A DNA stretch of 64,000 bases, from positions 8,122,260 through 8,186,259 of the forward strand of contig CM119267.1 in NCBI GenBank assembly GCA_051294375.1, read 5' to 3'. This stretch comes from Paraspadella gotoi. Taxonomy: Eukaryota > Animalia > Chaetognatha. This document shows, piece by piece, positions 1-14,711 of this stretch. Within the stretch, counting starts at the first letter, position 1. Every line of letters begins with the position of its first letter. The notes beneath the pieces are model-generated. The model was not told the DNA's origin. It saw only the letters and a list, made by a program, of their open reading frames with translations, and did not search any database. The translations under genes were made by a program, and so were the position numbers.

Positions 1-977
1 GCGTCAATTTTTCGAATCCACAAAAGGAAAACAAATTTTTATTTCGAAAGTTCTAAATTTAAAACCCGGTTAACTCAGCCTCGATCCATTTCCAAAATTT
101 GACTTACCCCTTTTTTTTATCTGTTGCCTTTCATCTCTTTTTCTGATTCTTCTCTTCTTCTTACATACCATCCCTCTTCTCAGTTCTCCACAACTCCCAA
201 TCCCTCTTTTTCTTCGATGCTTAATCAAACTTTTAATCACATCAAATTTCTTCGCGCGGAAAAAAACGAATTCTTCACCCATTTTTCTTTAAGATTTGTT
301 CAAATTTTTTGAAACGTGTATTTTTTGTATATTGTTTTACCATTTCTGAATGCCGGTACCTAAGATATTTCGGCCAAAATGACGTACAACAAATTGATTT
401 AATTGTCACCAAGTGAATAAAGCAAAGTTTTGTGGTTCTTTTAGTTCTCTTTAATATTTTCAGAATTCCTCCCATTTCGTACAATTAGTTTTTTCTGCTT
501 TAAACGATTGAATTTTTTAAATATTTTTCTTTCAAGTAAGTTTACGATTTAAGATTAAGAATATGAAAATCTCAAACGGGAAGACCAACTCTGACGTATT
601 TTTCCGCAATCATCCAAAAAAAAACGATAAAAGAAAAAAATTCGGGATTTTTGAAAATTCCGCGTCGCTTACTACCTTCTTCAAAACTCACTTGAAGCGG
701 AGCTGAGAGGACGTAATGAGATTTGACGTTTCCCAGCGATGATGACGAAGTCGGAAAAAAACAACGACAACAAAGAAAGAAAGAATGACTGCGACGACGA
801 CGACGACGACAACCACAATAAACAACCACGATGACGACAAAGACGATTTCGAACTGAAACTACGACATAATAATACAGAATTCAGAATAAAGAAGAATAC
901 AGAATAATACAGAATGTACAGAATAAAATTGATAAGCAACTAATATGTAAAACAGACAATCACGAAGTTACATAAAT

Positions 978-2590
978 TTTTTTTTTTAATATTGTAAGTG
1001 TTGGTTTTTTTTGTTTTTTTTTTTTATTATTATTTATATTGTTTGCTTTATTTTTTATTTTAGTTTTTTATAGGTTTAGCTTTTTTTTTTTTATTTTATT
1101 CGTGTCTTTCTGGTTTTTTTTTTTTTTTTATTTTTTTTTTTTTATTTTTTTTTTTATTTTTAGTTTTTTTTCTATTTTAATGTTTTTTTTTTGTGATGTT
1201 TTTTTTTGTTTTTCGTTTTTATTTATTTTGTTTTAATTTTTGTATTCATAGTTTGTCTTTTAGTTTTTCTTTTTTTTATTTTTTTTCTTTAGGATTTTTT
1301 TTTTTGTTTTTTGTTTTTGTATTTTGTTATATTTTCTTATTTTGGTTTTAATTCTTATTTTTTTGTTGTTTTCTTTATTTTTTTTCTTTTTATAGTCTTT
1401 TGTCGTGTTTTATTTTTTTGTAGTTTATTTGTGTGGTATAGTGTTTTTTTTTGTGTTTTTTGTGTTTTTATGTTTTATATCTTTTTAGTTAGGTTTTTTA
1501 ATATAGTTTATTTGTTTTTTGTTTTTATTTTTTGATTACTTTATCTTTTTGTTTAGGTAGTTTTTACTGTTTATTTTTTTTTTTTTACTTTTTTTGTTTT
1601 TTTTTTTTTTTTTATTTTTTTATTATTTTTTTTATATTGTTATAGTGTTTTTTTTTTGTTAGTTTTTTTTTTTTTTTTGTTGTTAGTTTTTTTTTTTTTT
1701 TTTTTTTTGTTTTTTGTTTTTTTATTAGTTTTCTTTTTTTTCTTTTATTTTTTATTTTTTTTAGACTTAGTTTTCTTTGTTTTATATTTTTTTTTTTTAT
1801 TTTCTTTTTTTTTTTCTATCGTATATTAATTTTACTTTTGTATTATATTTAGGTTTTTACTTATTCTTATATTTTAGTTTATTTTTATTTTTATTATTTT
1901 TATCTTTTTGCTATTTTTTCTTTTTTAGTTTTTTTAATTAGTATATTTTTTTTATTATTTTATTTTTTCTTTTATTTTTTTTCTTTTTTTTTTTATTCTT
2001 TATTTTTTTTTTTCTTGTTTATTAGTATTAGTTATGTGTAGTTTTTTTTGTTTTTATTTTATAGTTTGTGGTGTGTTTTTTTTGTGTTTAAATATATTTA
2101 ATAGTATTTTTTTCTTTAGTTTTTAATTTTTTTTTTAGATCAGGTTGTTTACTTAGTAATTTTATAGTTTATTATTAGTTTAGATTTAATTTTTTTTAGG
2201 TTTATTTTTTCTATAATTTTTAGTTATAGTATAGTTTTTATGAGTAGTTTACACTCTTTTGTATTATTTTTTTTTTTATTAGATAGCTTATAGTTTTATT
2301 TAATTAGTTTAGTTTTTATATTTTTTAGTTTTTTTATTTTTCTTTGGTGGTTTTAGTGTTGTTTGTTTGGTTATTGTTGTTGTTCTTTACTGTTGGTATT
2401 TATTATGGAGGTACTTTTGTTTATATGGGTATTCTTTCTTTTTTGTTTGTTTTTTTTTTTAGTTTGTTAAGAGTTTTTGTTTGTTAGATGGGTTTTGGAT
2501 TTTATTTATTTTTTATTTAGTTTATTTTTTTTGTTTATATTTATTTTTATTTGTTTTTTGTTTTTTTTTATTTAGTTTGGGGTTTGTGGT
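978..2590. other. Extremely T-rich low-complexity tract, probably a low-quality read segment
   Basis: Aperiodic, overwhelmingly T with almost no C. Its ORFs are poly-Phe. Confidence 0.7.
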
Positions 2591-5500
2591 TTGTTAGGAA
2601 GGACGAAAGGGAGAAAAGCGTTAAAAGAAAAACTGATTCAGAGTGAGAAAGGAGACATCGCCTTGAAAGTCGAAGCGCAAACAAAGAGATTGTTTGTGTT
2701 TTTTGTTTCGTTTTGTTTGTTGTCTTGCTTCTCGGTGTCTCTTCTCTTCCTCCCCCCTTCCTCCTCTCCCCTGCTCTCTCTCCTTGCTCCCCAAACACAA
2801 TTTTATCTCTTTTGTTCTCTTCTCCTCTCTCTCCTCTCTCTCTCTCTCCTCCTTTCTCTTCTCTCTCACGTCATACATACATATCTTTCAATTATTTTCG
2901 TCTTCGCGATCGGGTAGACAAGTCTGAAACCTCGAAAGATATTAGTTGGCCACACTTCAACTGCGAATTTTTATTTTCTTTTTCCACCCCCCCGCACCGA
3001 AATATTTCTTACTCTCTTATCTTTCTCTTTCTTTTCTTTTAAAACGAATGGTCTTCACTCGAATGTTATGAAAGTAATTTTTTTTTAAAACTCCAATTAC
3101 CTTAATTGAGAATTGCTTTCTAGTATCTCCTTATCTTTTTCGACCCATTATCGTTACCACAAAGTATGTGTCAACTTTAATTGTCGGTGCGAAAACGCCT
3201 CGCATCTTCTTAAATTCGTTAATCTCTCATTCGTCTTCTCATTCTACGTCAAGACAAAAAGTTTTTCTCCACTAAGACCACAAAATAAAAATAACCAAAA
3301 AAAACAGCTTTGGATTTTGAAAGAAAGAGACAACCTTGCTCCAAAAAAATCTTTTCGTTATATTGTAATAAAATAAAACAACGAAATTTGGAACGAAACG
3401 TTTTTAATGTCCAAAATAGAAGAAAACAGGGGACCGGCCTCTTAAAGAAAAAGGAAAATAGCGCTTCCCGACAGGCGGTAGGGCGCGCCCAGGCGTTAAC
3501 GCCAGGGTCATTTCTAACGGCTATATTCACCAATCACCAACACTCCAATTGAATCACTCGACTCCGAACTCACCACTTTGGTTGACGCCGATCACGGATC
3601 CTGTAGGGCGAAGCTTTGAGTCGCTGAAGTCGTTTGTTATTCAAGGAAATCCATTTCTCTGTTAGTAGACATCAAATTTAAAGTCTGAAGAATTGGTGAG
3701 ACTGTAAGGTTGANNNNNNNNNNNNNNNNNNNNNNNNNCTTACATAAAATTAACCTTCAAGAAGTTTTATTTAAAGACGGCATCAACGCATATAGAAAAA
3801 AAAAAAAATCCCCGCCTCGTCTGAAGCGCATAAGCAGCGAAAAATCACCACACACAATTAGTGTATCAAGATGATTCAGATTTCAAAAACTTCACACAAA
3901 GTGATCACACACAAATATATTAATAATTACCCCTTTATATTCAATGAAATTCTCAACATGAGAGATCCCGGTCGATTATTATCGGCTCCTAAATTATGCA
4001 AAATTAGCTTACGATCGATATTTGTCAGATAACGATGACGCTCTTATTCGCGTATTTTAAACGTTTTATTTATTGTAATTTAATAAATAATTGAATATAT
4101 AGTTTTTAGAAAATATATTTATAAATATAAATAGTTATACAATTATAAATGAGACAAAATAGCAATTAAATGAGAGCTTGAATGCTTCTTTTCTTACAAA
4201 ATGAGGAATTCAAAGAGATTTTTGCATAAAATTAAAAATATTAAACTATTTGCTTGCTTAATTCCTTATAATATAATATAATTTAAAGTATCATAAATTG
4301 TATAATTCATTCGTTTCAGTCCATTATACGTGCTGTTAATAAATAGGTAAATATGGAAAACTTGATAACAAAGAGTTAAATAACTATTAAAAGTAAAATT
4401 AAAAAAAAATAATAATACTAATATTTAATATTATTATAATATTTAATAATTAATAATAATAATAAATTTTTAAAAAAAAATACTGCAAAGAAGAATTAAA
4501 TTATTTAAAATTATTAATGAATATTTCTATATTTTTTAAAGAATTTTAATCAACTATATCTTAAGAGGAAATTTGGTGTTATTCTTTCGGTTTCGTTGCG
4601 TAAGTAGTATTAAAATTTTTTTTTTTTTCAGAAACAAAAAAAAAAAACTGGAAATTTTAACATTTTAGAACAAAGCCTTGCGAAAGCAGTGGCAATTTTA
4701 GTGGTTAGTCTAATCTTACGTTCATATACTCATAATAACAGACTTTTACATAAACTGGATTATATTTTACATAATAATTTGCGAAAAATATTGTTTCTTC
4801 AGACGAAAAAAAAGTTTTATAAAAGCTACAAAACTGAAAGCCTAAATTCCAATAAATTGATAAATTTCTTAGGCTATTACATAATAATAAGTGAAAAGAT
4901 CAAGTTTCAATATCAAGAATCAATGATTAAGTTATGATTATGTTTGAATGATCGGGACAGAAAATTCAAATTACGATCTAAAGAAAAATATACTAAATTT
5001 GGAATAGCAATAACATGATTGGACGACTTGGATCCTTTGTGGTTCGAGTCGCCGTGCATAAACCGGACTCATTTCTTTGATATGTAGCTGCCAATCACTC
5101 CGTAGTGCCGATTAACTCATTGATCTGATATTTCTTCCTGATCTTATACTCTCTCGTCTTTTTCTGAAGGGTGAAAAGCGATGGATAGTTTGAACGTTTG
5201 TCGCCCTTTCTCTTTAAACTTTGCACGTTCTTTCGTTTTATTCCTCTTTCAATATTGAACGTTCTTTCTTTTTTTAAATTCCTTTTATTTCTCTTTCAAC
5301 CTTTGTCGATTTCTCTCTTTATTATGTTTTGTTTCGCAGTCTTGTGTTTATTCGGCTCCCGCACGAAAAGGGGACGAGAAGAAGATTTAAAGTCGACCCT
5401 TCTTAATTTCGTGGGTCAAATTTCTTTTCAAACTTTTTTCGATTTGATTTTACGAAATCCCGTTCGTTCGTTTCCACGTTTGTACGTTTTTATCAAATGT

Positions 5501-6770
5501 TTATTTCGACAATTAAGCTTTTTTCAACAGCCTTTTTTTATGTAGTAGCGACGGCGGGACTATTTGTCGTGACGATGGGAGTTTTCACGTTTCGCCAAGA
5601 ATACTGACGAGTGACGAGTAAAGTAATGACGTTACTACGAAATCAAATACAATAACGATGCAATTAAATCGTTGCGATCGATGAAGTGAGCCAAAGTTAA
5701 TTTTTAAGGAAGTCACGAGTCATGATTATTTATTTGGGTTAAGAGCCTATGCTTTGTAAGAAGAACGTATTTATGATGAAATTTATTACGAAAATTTCAC
5801 GCAATTAATACTGCAAAGGTGATATTGAGTCAATCGATCGTAATTTTGAGTTATTCCCCGGAAATTTTTTTTTTTCGCTTCTCTTCGCTTAACTTAGAAA
5901 AGAAAACGAAACGAAAGAATTTTCTTTCTCTCTCTTTCTCTCGTTCTCTCTCTTTTTCTCCGGGACCCTCGAGCCTTCGATCGGCTGGGCTTTTTNNNNN
6001 NNNNNNNNNNNNNNNNNNNNNNNNNNNNNNNNNNNNNNNNNNNNNNNNNNNNNNNNNNNNNNNNNNNNNNNNNNNNNNNNNNNNNNNNNNNNNNNNNNNN
6101 NNNNNNNNNNNNNNNNNNNNNNNNNNNNNNNNNNNNNNNNNNNNNNNNNNNNNNNNNNNNNNNNNNNNNNNNNNNNNNNNNNNNNNNNNNNNNNNNNNNN
6201 NNNNNNNNNNNNNNNNNNNNNNNNNNNNNNNNNNNNNNNNNNNNNNNNNNNNNNNNNNNNNNNNNNNNNNNNNNNNNNNNNNNNNNNNNNNNNNNNNNNN
6301 NNNNNNNNNNNNNNNNNNNNNNNNNNNNNNNNNNNNNNNNNNNNNNNNNNNNNNNNNNNNNNNNNNNNNNNNNNNNNNNNNNNNNNNNNNNNNNNNNNGA
6401 GAGAGAGAGAGAGAGAGAGCGAGAAATATGGATCGGATTTGCTTCCATGTGAGAAAAAATGAAAACGTCAATATGTGTGTGTGAATATGTCACTCCATTC
6501 AACTATAAAAAATAGAATAAGATCAATGATCAACAAAATTATGAGCAACCAGGACAAATAAATTCAAATGGTCTAATTTTAGTGAAGGCTGAAGGAAGAG
6601 ACGGAAAAATGAGTCTGTCGGCTAAAGTTACGCGTAATCGAAAGCATAAATAAAGCGTTTTTTGGTCTGCGGAGCCTGTGGTGTTTCGTCTTGGAGAATA
6701 AGAAGAGTTTTTGAGAAATAAAGGAGACGGCGAACCCTTGCCCTCTTTCTTAAAATCTCTATTGTCTAAG

Positions 6771-7175
6771 GGGCCAATCGTCCCATCGCCTCCGGGTTTG
6801 TTGATCCTCATCCGGGCTCACTCGAACACGTATTCTCCTCGAGCCACCATCCTGGGCTCATGGCTCCCAGAATCGCGGGTGCCAAAGGTTAGGAGCGATG
6901 GATAAAGGACTCTTCTTGCCCAACCGACCGACCGACCGACCAAAGATCCTCGCTCGAACGAATCTCGTTGCTTCGTCTTTTCGGAGAAAGATTCTCTTTA
7001 TCCTTTTTTTTTTCGGACGACAGAAGATGCGACTTCCGCCGCCGCCGCCCTCATTGTCATCCTTCCTCCTCTTACTCTTCCTCCTCCTCCTCTTCCGTCG
7101 ACCGCATGTTCGAAAAGGCTTCCTCCTCATTGCCTCTCCGGATACTACAAGACTACGGTTGACGGCTTTGGCTAA
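6771..7175 (+). CDS. Putative last two exons (6771-6887, 7024-7175) of an unidentified gene; His/Pro/Ala-rich low-complexity C-terminus
   Basis: GC-rich islands bounded by ag|...|gttagg and a T-tract cag. Phases are compatible and give ANRPIASGFVDPHPGSLEHVFSSSHHPGLMAPRIAGAK|EDATSAAAALIVILPPLTLPPPPLPSTAC...DGFG*. No family recognised. Confidence 0.35.
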
Positions 7176-7762
7176 TTGACCTTCAATCCAGACGAGGACG
7201 ACGACGACCGCGACAAAGACGATTCTTTGGAAGGGAACTTATTTGCCCGCAGGTTTTTTTTGGACTTGCCCAGTCAAGTTTTTAATCATATTTTCAAGAA
7301 AATTACGCAATTTTTTTTAAATGATCATTTTTATTAGGATTTGATAAGAAAATAAAGTAAAGTAAAGTTTTATACAGAAGTGTTAAATATTTTTAAGTGA
7401 CCCAGAAAATTTAATATTAAGCTTGCCTTTCCTGTTCATTTGTTACTTATACAGATACATATATATATATTAGCTACGTGTATTTTTACACTCAATCTAC
7501 CGAAATCTGCCGAACGCGTTCAAACCGATAGCCCGATTGTTCGAAAGTTGCCATTCACGCGATGCCATCCTCGTTTTCGAAAAAAAAGTGAAGCCGTGGG
7601 AATGAGTCTGGAATCGTCGTCGTCGTTTTCGTCGTCGTCAACGTCGTCGCGTTTTTCCCCGCGGGCGAAGACAGAAAAAATCGCCGATCCAAAAGTGGAA
7701 TGAGCCTTCATTGCCAAACGAGTTAATTTCCTATTCGTGACCCAGGAATATTCTCTTTCTCT

Positions 7763-7816
<54 letters not shown>

Positions 7817-9004
7817 TTTTCTGTGTGTCAGTTTTTGACCCCTCTTTGTCTCAACATATCTTTTCCCACACCGGGGAGGAGTCGAAATAGAGGCGCCCCG
7901 ATTTGTAAACGTGTTTGGATTCGTTTTCCTGAATAGATTTTATCAATGACGCTGAAATTATCAGAGAAAATACACATAAATGAGAGAGAGATGGAGATAA
8001 AGATAGATGGAGACGGAGAGAGATCCGTAGATCGATGATTATTAGGTGATAAAGATTTTCCCCAATGGATTCTCTGAGTTATTTTCTTAGTCTTTTTTTC
8101 GATTTCACTTTGGTATATATTTTTTGTTTTAAAATTCGTCGCAATTATGATTAGAAAATGATTTCAGAGAACAATTGTGTACATTGAACAGAATTTATGA
8201 ATAATAAACTGCAATTAACCACGAATTAATAAGGAGGCTAACGTGCAATACACAAATCAAATTCGATCTTTTTTCCCCTTTCTTTTTTATTTGCCAATTG
8301 GTTTTCACGTCTTCCTTAAAAATTCTTTATTTCTCAAGTACTTTTTTATTCCTGGTCCGTCTAATTTCTATGGGAAACTAAGAAAGCCAGACTGAATTTG
8401 TTTTTTTTTCGAGTTCCGCCGTTTTATTTTTTTACATCGCGGACCCCGATTGCCGGAAGGGCGAAAGATAAAAGGACAAAAGCGAATAAAGTCCCACTAT
8501 AAGACTATATAAGTATATTCCTGTTAAGTTGTCGGGATTTAATCAATATGTAAAATAATAATTTAGACTTTTGTAATCGATTGATCGAGGGACAATTGCA
8601 TTTAAGAACCTAACCTTCCAAACCGACGTATCGATCGACCGAGAGACGAACCGACCGACAGAACCTTAATGTCTCGAGGCAAAAATAAAAAACCGCGAGG
8701 ATTCGGTTCAACTGATTTTTCTTTTTCAATCGCCTTTTCAGCTTCTTTTTTTCTTTCTTTCTGCTCCGCTCGGTTTCGTTCGGATGGACAACGATAAAGG
8801 CGACGTCAGGATTTTTTGGGAAAACTTTTTTTGCGTCAAGAGGCAAAAAAAAAAAACAGGACGGAATCATTTTTGACGTGAGATGAACAAAAACTTGCGT
8901 AATCGAGTTTTTATGTACTAATATTTTTAGAAATTCGCCTATTTTTGATAATTAATTAGTCGACAATTTCTTAGTATTTCTAATCACTCTTAATCATCGT
9001 GAAG

Positions 9005-9308
9005 GGGCATCGAAGTGATCGAAGAAATCGACGACGATAACGACGACGACGACGACGAAGACGACGACCCCCAATTATCCACCAAAGATCCCCCTCTCCC
9101 GAATCACCCGCCCCTCCCCTAACCTCTATCACCTTCACAATATTAGTCGAATCCTTCAGAAAACTCTCCGGCCAGTCCAGACACGTCGGCCCTCCAGCGT
9201 GTCGTGGGAGATCACGACCGCGATGATGAGGATGACGACGATGATGACGAGGCGGAAGAGCGAGGGATCATCCGGAGTCCGAACAAAATCGTAAACACAT
9301 CGCCCTAA
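9005..9308 (+). CDS. Possible acidic terminal exon (needs one frameshift)
   Basis: Reads GIEVIEEIDDDNDDDDDEDDDPQLSTKDPP..., then in another frame SPASPDTSALQRVVGDHDRDDEDDDDDDEAEERGIIRSPNKIVNTSP*. Could simply be (GAC)n repeats. Confidence 0.25.
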
Positions 9309-11296
9309 AGCCTCGAAGCCTCAAAGCCCTGGCGAGAAAATATGTTCGAGAAGAGGAGAGAGATTTATGCGGTATTAGGATGAGTCGTAAAACGGAGGTC
9401 CTTGTAAATCGAGTAGAAAACGCGTTTCATGATTATTTGCCGAATTCGAGCTTCTTATCTCGTTTTAACCATTTATTTTTCTTTTCTCTTATCTCATTCT
9501 CCAGACAAAGTTCTTGGAACTACGTAGATATTTTTTTTTCTCTTTCGCAATCGGGAAATCTTTTTGAAAATTAACAAAGAATGATGCAACGTCAGAGTTT
9601 TTGGATTCAAAAAAAAAATTAACATTTAGTAACAAAAAATTCTTAATTGAATTTAAAAAAGTGAATTTATATTACTTGTAAATCCCACTACGAATCGTTT
9701 AATACCAATTTATAGTTTCATGCACATGTGATGTCGAATCAACAACTAATAAGTATTTAACAATTTGATCGCAAATGCCGAAACAAAGAATTTCCTCGAG
9801 TTAATCATAAATGCTGTCATTGCGGTGCCCTGCCCCAACACGGCCAACCCCCCTCCAATCTCCCCCTCAGCTTCGACCTTCATCGCCGCATCTGGAGCCC
9901 GGTAGGGTCACCAGGGGCGCCCGGCGGGTCCCGACGTCCCTCGATTGTGGCTTAAAAGCCCGCGGCGTGGCACAAACCGACCGCAAAGGGGGAAAGGCTG
10001 GATCGCCCGGCGCTTTTTAGGGCCGAGACTAAATTTTGTTGTTTATATTTGAAAAGAAAGATGAAAGAGACTCTGTTGGAGAGAAAAAGGGAGAGAGGGA
10101 CCGAGGTGAGTGAATGTTTTGTCAGGTGAGAGCGAGGTCGACAGGAAAGGGAAGTTCAAGCGGTTTTGTTATATCTCTTCTCAATAATCACGCGAAAGTA
10201 AACGAAAAAAGCTGCCGTAACAATATATTTACGAAAATCTAGGGTCCTGGTTCGAGGTACGTATTTATTTTCAAATGATGACTTCAGCTCAAGACCAAAC
10301 ATTTTCAGAACAAATTGATGCCGATTTTCTTCGATGGTTAGACCTCCCGGGGACGGACAAATTCTGACCGAAGAAATTCCTCTCTTCTTCGGTCAGAAAA
10401 CGTTCATCACGACTCGTATTTTTCGTCGGAAACTTTCCGTCTGCTCTCTAATTGTTGGTTATAGATAATTATCCACCGGCTTGACGATAGATTAGCGGCG
10501 ACGTCCTTGTCTTTTTTCGACGTGAGATTCGCCGAGACTCTTCCTTAAATATTTCGTTGGGAAATGTTGAACACGAATCGCTCAATAGTAAATGTAGCTT
10601 TAACGTCTCGAGAAGGAGTCTTGCCAACGGGTTCACACATTAGGTAATAGGTATTCTCGACGATTCTTTTTTGTGAAGCCTTTCGAGAGAACTGGTCAAA
10701 ATACATGAATAAAAATTGAATATGTATTTGAAGAAAAACAGAACATTTATGATTAATCAAAATGCTTTTAAAATTTAGGTATTTTTAACATGAGTAAGGG
10801 CTTCCGTTTTTTTTTTACTTCTCATTCTTATCCATTCTAGAATCTAAGATGAAACTTGAATAATTATATGAAATTGCTCCTATCGATAACTCTCTTCCGC
10901 TTGTGGGCGTGGCTGTCATCGGTACCCGACGCTAAACAAGGACCGAATCGTTCAAAACTCAATTTTTTTCCTTTTGAAAGGAAAAGAGGCTGCGGCGGCC
11001 GTCGACCGAAGGCGCCCCTCCGAGATCTCTCTCCCGCCTGCCCCCCCTCTTTCCCTGCGAGAAGAAGAGACGTCAAGAAAGAATTTCATGACGGAAGAAA
11101 GAAAAGACGCGAAACAAAACGAAATGGCGCCGAAAAAAAAATGGCGTCGATGCAAATGAAGACGAATCGATCGACCGACGTCTTTGGGAGCGAAGAAGGG
11201 CGAAAGAGAATGAGGGAGAAAGCGTGACAACTTTTAAAAATTTCTTTTATTTTGTAAGGAAAATAGAGAGAGAGAGGAGAGCGAGAGAGAGAGGAT

Positions 11297-11349
<53 letters not shown>

Positions 11350-11458
11350 TTGAGTGTGACCCCGCTAACTTGTTTCCGTGCCATTTGAATTTCTTTATGT
11401 AGTTTTTACTACGACGATCACTGTTTCCCCTGCCACACTCGCCTCTCTCCTCTCTCTC

Positions 11459-11505
<47 letters not shown>

Positions 11506-12574
11506 TCTCTCTCCTCTCCCTCTTCTCTCTCTATCTCTCTTCGTTTAGCTGTGTGTCGCAAACGAATAAGTATCCGCGTCGACCTCTCTACCTGACCCTG
11601 AGTTCTATGGTGAGAAAGATGATCAAGAAGAGAATAAAAAAGAAAGAGAAGCGAAAAGAAGATGTGAACGAAGATTAAAAGAACAAAACATTGTAAAAAC
11701 CCTTTTAAAACCGCATTTGCCTTAATTTAATGTGACGCCGAAAACGAGGCTCGTATTTTCTGAGTCTAGAAAACGATCAACCGGAAAATCACTCAAAACC
11801 TACGGCCGAAAAAAAAAATCGCGAAGGATGAAAATTCTTTTTAATCCAGTGGACGAAAAAAAAAAAAAAAATAAGACGACTCATTTACTCGACGGCGCTG
11901 AAGGGGAGTTGATGTTAAGCAGGAGAGAACGAAGGGTTTTCTTTAAATTTCTTTCCTTTGGTTAACGACAATTCTGCCTCGCGTGTCTTAGCTTAATTTC
12001 AACTTTCTCATTTTCTCAACTTTAAATATGTAGTGCCATTCAGTTAAAAACCCCGCGAACGAGAAATCATCACCACGACTGGTCCTCTACCCGTCTCTCT
12101 CTCGCTCTCTCTCTTTCTTTTCTCCCTATCTGACTCCCTCTCTCTCGTTTTGAAGCCAGATGTGAAGCGGATATTTTTTGACAGATTTCTTTCCCTTGAT
12201 GGAATGGAAGTGGGAGAAAGTGCAATAAATCATGAAAGTAACGACGGCGACGACGACGACGACGACGACGCCGACGATGCCGNNNNNNNNNNNNNNNNNN
12301 NNNNNNNTTTTCCCTTTTTTTTTTGGGGGGGCCGCCCTTTTTTAAATTCCGTCAGGGAGATTAGCTGCGTCAACGTGTCTTCTCATCTCTCTCTCTACTC
12401 GCTCTCTCTCTCTCTCTCTCTCTCGTCTCTCTCTCCTCTCTCTCTCTCTCTCTACTCTATCCTCCTCTTCCTCCATCGCCGGAGAATAAAAACGTAAAAA
12501 AAAAAAAAGAAAATTCCCGAGTGACTCGCTGAGTCGGGGAGTTGGTGGCAAGGAAGGCGAAACGCCGAAGAGCG

Positions 12575-13350
12575 CGCATCTGTCGCCGTCGATCGTCGTC
12601 GTCGTCGTCGCGTCGTTAACTTTCATGATTTCATGCGCACTATTCTCCCACTTCCATATCCATCAAGGGAAAGAAAATCTGTCAAAATATCCCGCTTCAC
12701 ATCTGGCTTCAAACGAAGAGAGAGGGAGTCAGATTAGGGAGAAAAGAAAGAGAGAGAGCTGAGAAGAGAGACCGGGTAGCAAAGGACCAGTCGTGGTGAT
12801 GATTTCTCGTTCGCGGGTATCTTATTGTCTAACTGATGGCATACAATTTAAAGTTGAACGAAAATGAGAAAAGTTGAAAATTCAAGCTAAGACACGCGAG
12901 CGCAGAATTTGTCGTTAACCAAAGAGAAAGAATTTAAAGAAAACCCTTCGTTCTCTCCTGCCTTAAACATCAACCCCCTTCAGCGCCCGTCGAGTAAATA
13001 TGAGTCGTCTTAAATTTTTTTTTTTTTTTCGTCCATGGATAAAGAAGAATTTTCATCCTTCGCGATTTTTTTTTTCGGCCGTAGGTTTGAGTGATTATTC
13101 CGTTGATCGTTTTAGACTCAGAAAAAATAACGAGCCTCGTTTTCGGCCGTCAAAATTAAATTAGGAAATGCGGTTTTAAAAGGGTATTTTTACAATGTTT
13201 GTTCTTTTTAATCTTCGGTTCACATCTCTTTTCGCTTCTCTTTCATTTTTTATTCTCTTCATTGATCATCTTTCTCACCATAGAACTCAGGGTCAGGTAG
13301 AGAGGTCGACGCGGGAATACTGATCGGTTTGCGACACAAACAGCTAAGAC
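12575..13350 (-). repeat. Inverted duplicate of 11545-12282
   Basis: For example ctgaccctgagttctatggtgagaaagatgatcaa (11592) is found reverse-complemented at 13262-13296. Flanks the 25-N gap at 12283-12307. Confidence 0.9.
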
Positions 13351-13654
13351 AGGGAGACGAGAGAGGCAGAGGGAGGAGGAGTGAGCAGGAATGCTGAGAG
13401 TGCAGAAGCCGGGGGTCAGAGAGCAAGGAACCAGCAGGAGAGAGAGAGAGGAGGATGAGAGAGATGACCTTGACGTGAGATTCCGCTTGATTCCACGAAA
13501 TGTGTTCACCGCCGAGCGACTGTTTGATCAATGATCATCCAAGTGGATCGTCGACGCTCGCTTTGCCAAAATAATCGCTTCGTATCTTTCCGCATTCGGA
13601 TCCAGTACATTTTTTCCGTGTTATTTTATGTCACAAACCTGTGACATTTAAGCT

Positions 13655-13951
13655 TTATATTATCACCTTCGTCAAACTGGTGATAGCTTCGTCGATTGTT
13701 CCGAGGCCACGGACGCCAAAATTGGCCTCGCCATCGTCGTCATTATCGTCGTCATCGTCGTCATTATCGTCATCATCGTCGTCGTCTTCGTGCGGAACGA
13801 CTTCATCGTTTGAGTGGCCCTTTTGCCTCTCAATCAATTCTTGGCGTCGTAACGCGTTTCGAAGCGCGGACACGAAGCGAGCGATAGCGGGGAGGGGGGG
13901 GGGGCGCTGAGCCGCTGAGCTCTTTGAGTCTGGCTTTAACGTTTTTTATTC
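13655..13951 (-). CDS. Possible exon: helical segment plus Asp tract; copies at ~20850-21230 (+) and ~24385-24700 (-)
   Basis: ttttttag acceptor, then IKNVKARLKELSGSA(P)n AIARFVSALRNALRRQELIERQKGHSNDEVVPHEDDD...GLGTIDEAITSLTKVII*. Needs a 1-nt correction in a G homopolymer. Confidence 0.3.
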
Positions 13952-14147
13952 CTAAAAAACAATTCTATTGTCTTCATCACGGTGATTTGAGGGGAAAATC
14001 AATCAATCATCTGTAGTTTATACTTGATTTCAAAGTTTGTAGGTAGTATTGATATGGTAACAAATAACAAAAATGACACGCGTACATGTTAAGATATCAA
14101 CTTTCATTAAAATAATTTAAAATCATCATTTGATTTATCCAGACCTA

Positions 14148-14255
<108 letters not shown>

Positions 14256-14665
14256 CGTTCACATTCGATAAAACGGTTGAATGGTCGTTCTTTACGTCAC
14301 GCTGTCATCAACGGCCCCGCGTCGCTCACGTCGGACTCTTTCACGTCGTCTCCCTCTCGCTCTCGCTCTCCCTCTCGCTCTCCCTCTCCCTCTCTTATCA
14401 GAATATCTCATAAAAATCTGCTTCACATCGACTCTCAATCGAATTCACCTTTTACATTCCTTTTCACATGTCGTATCTTTTGACATATCTTCACCTTTAA
14501 CCTTCCTTTTTATTCACAAACCTTTGCTGTGATGTCTCAAACCCTAAACCTTCGCGAATGGCGAGTGCTTATGCCCCCCCTCCTCTCTCTCTATCATTCC
14601 GCGTCACTTCATCAAACGTGGACGAGAATCAAAGATGAGATAGAGATCGAGAGATGAGGAGAGAT

Positions 14666-14711
<46 letters not shown>

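Noticed and set aside
978-2590. Poly-Phe ORFs resembling pan-edited or mitochondrial membrane genes
   Set aside because: No recognisable motifs; aperiodic T noise.
5819-6502. Long ORFs across N runs (also 22179-22964)
   Set aside because: Open only because of assembly gaps.
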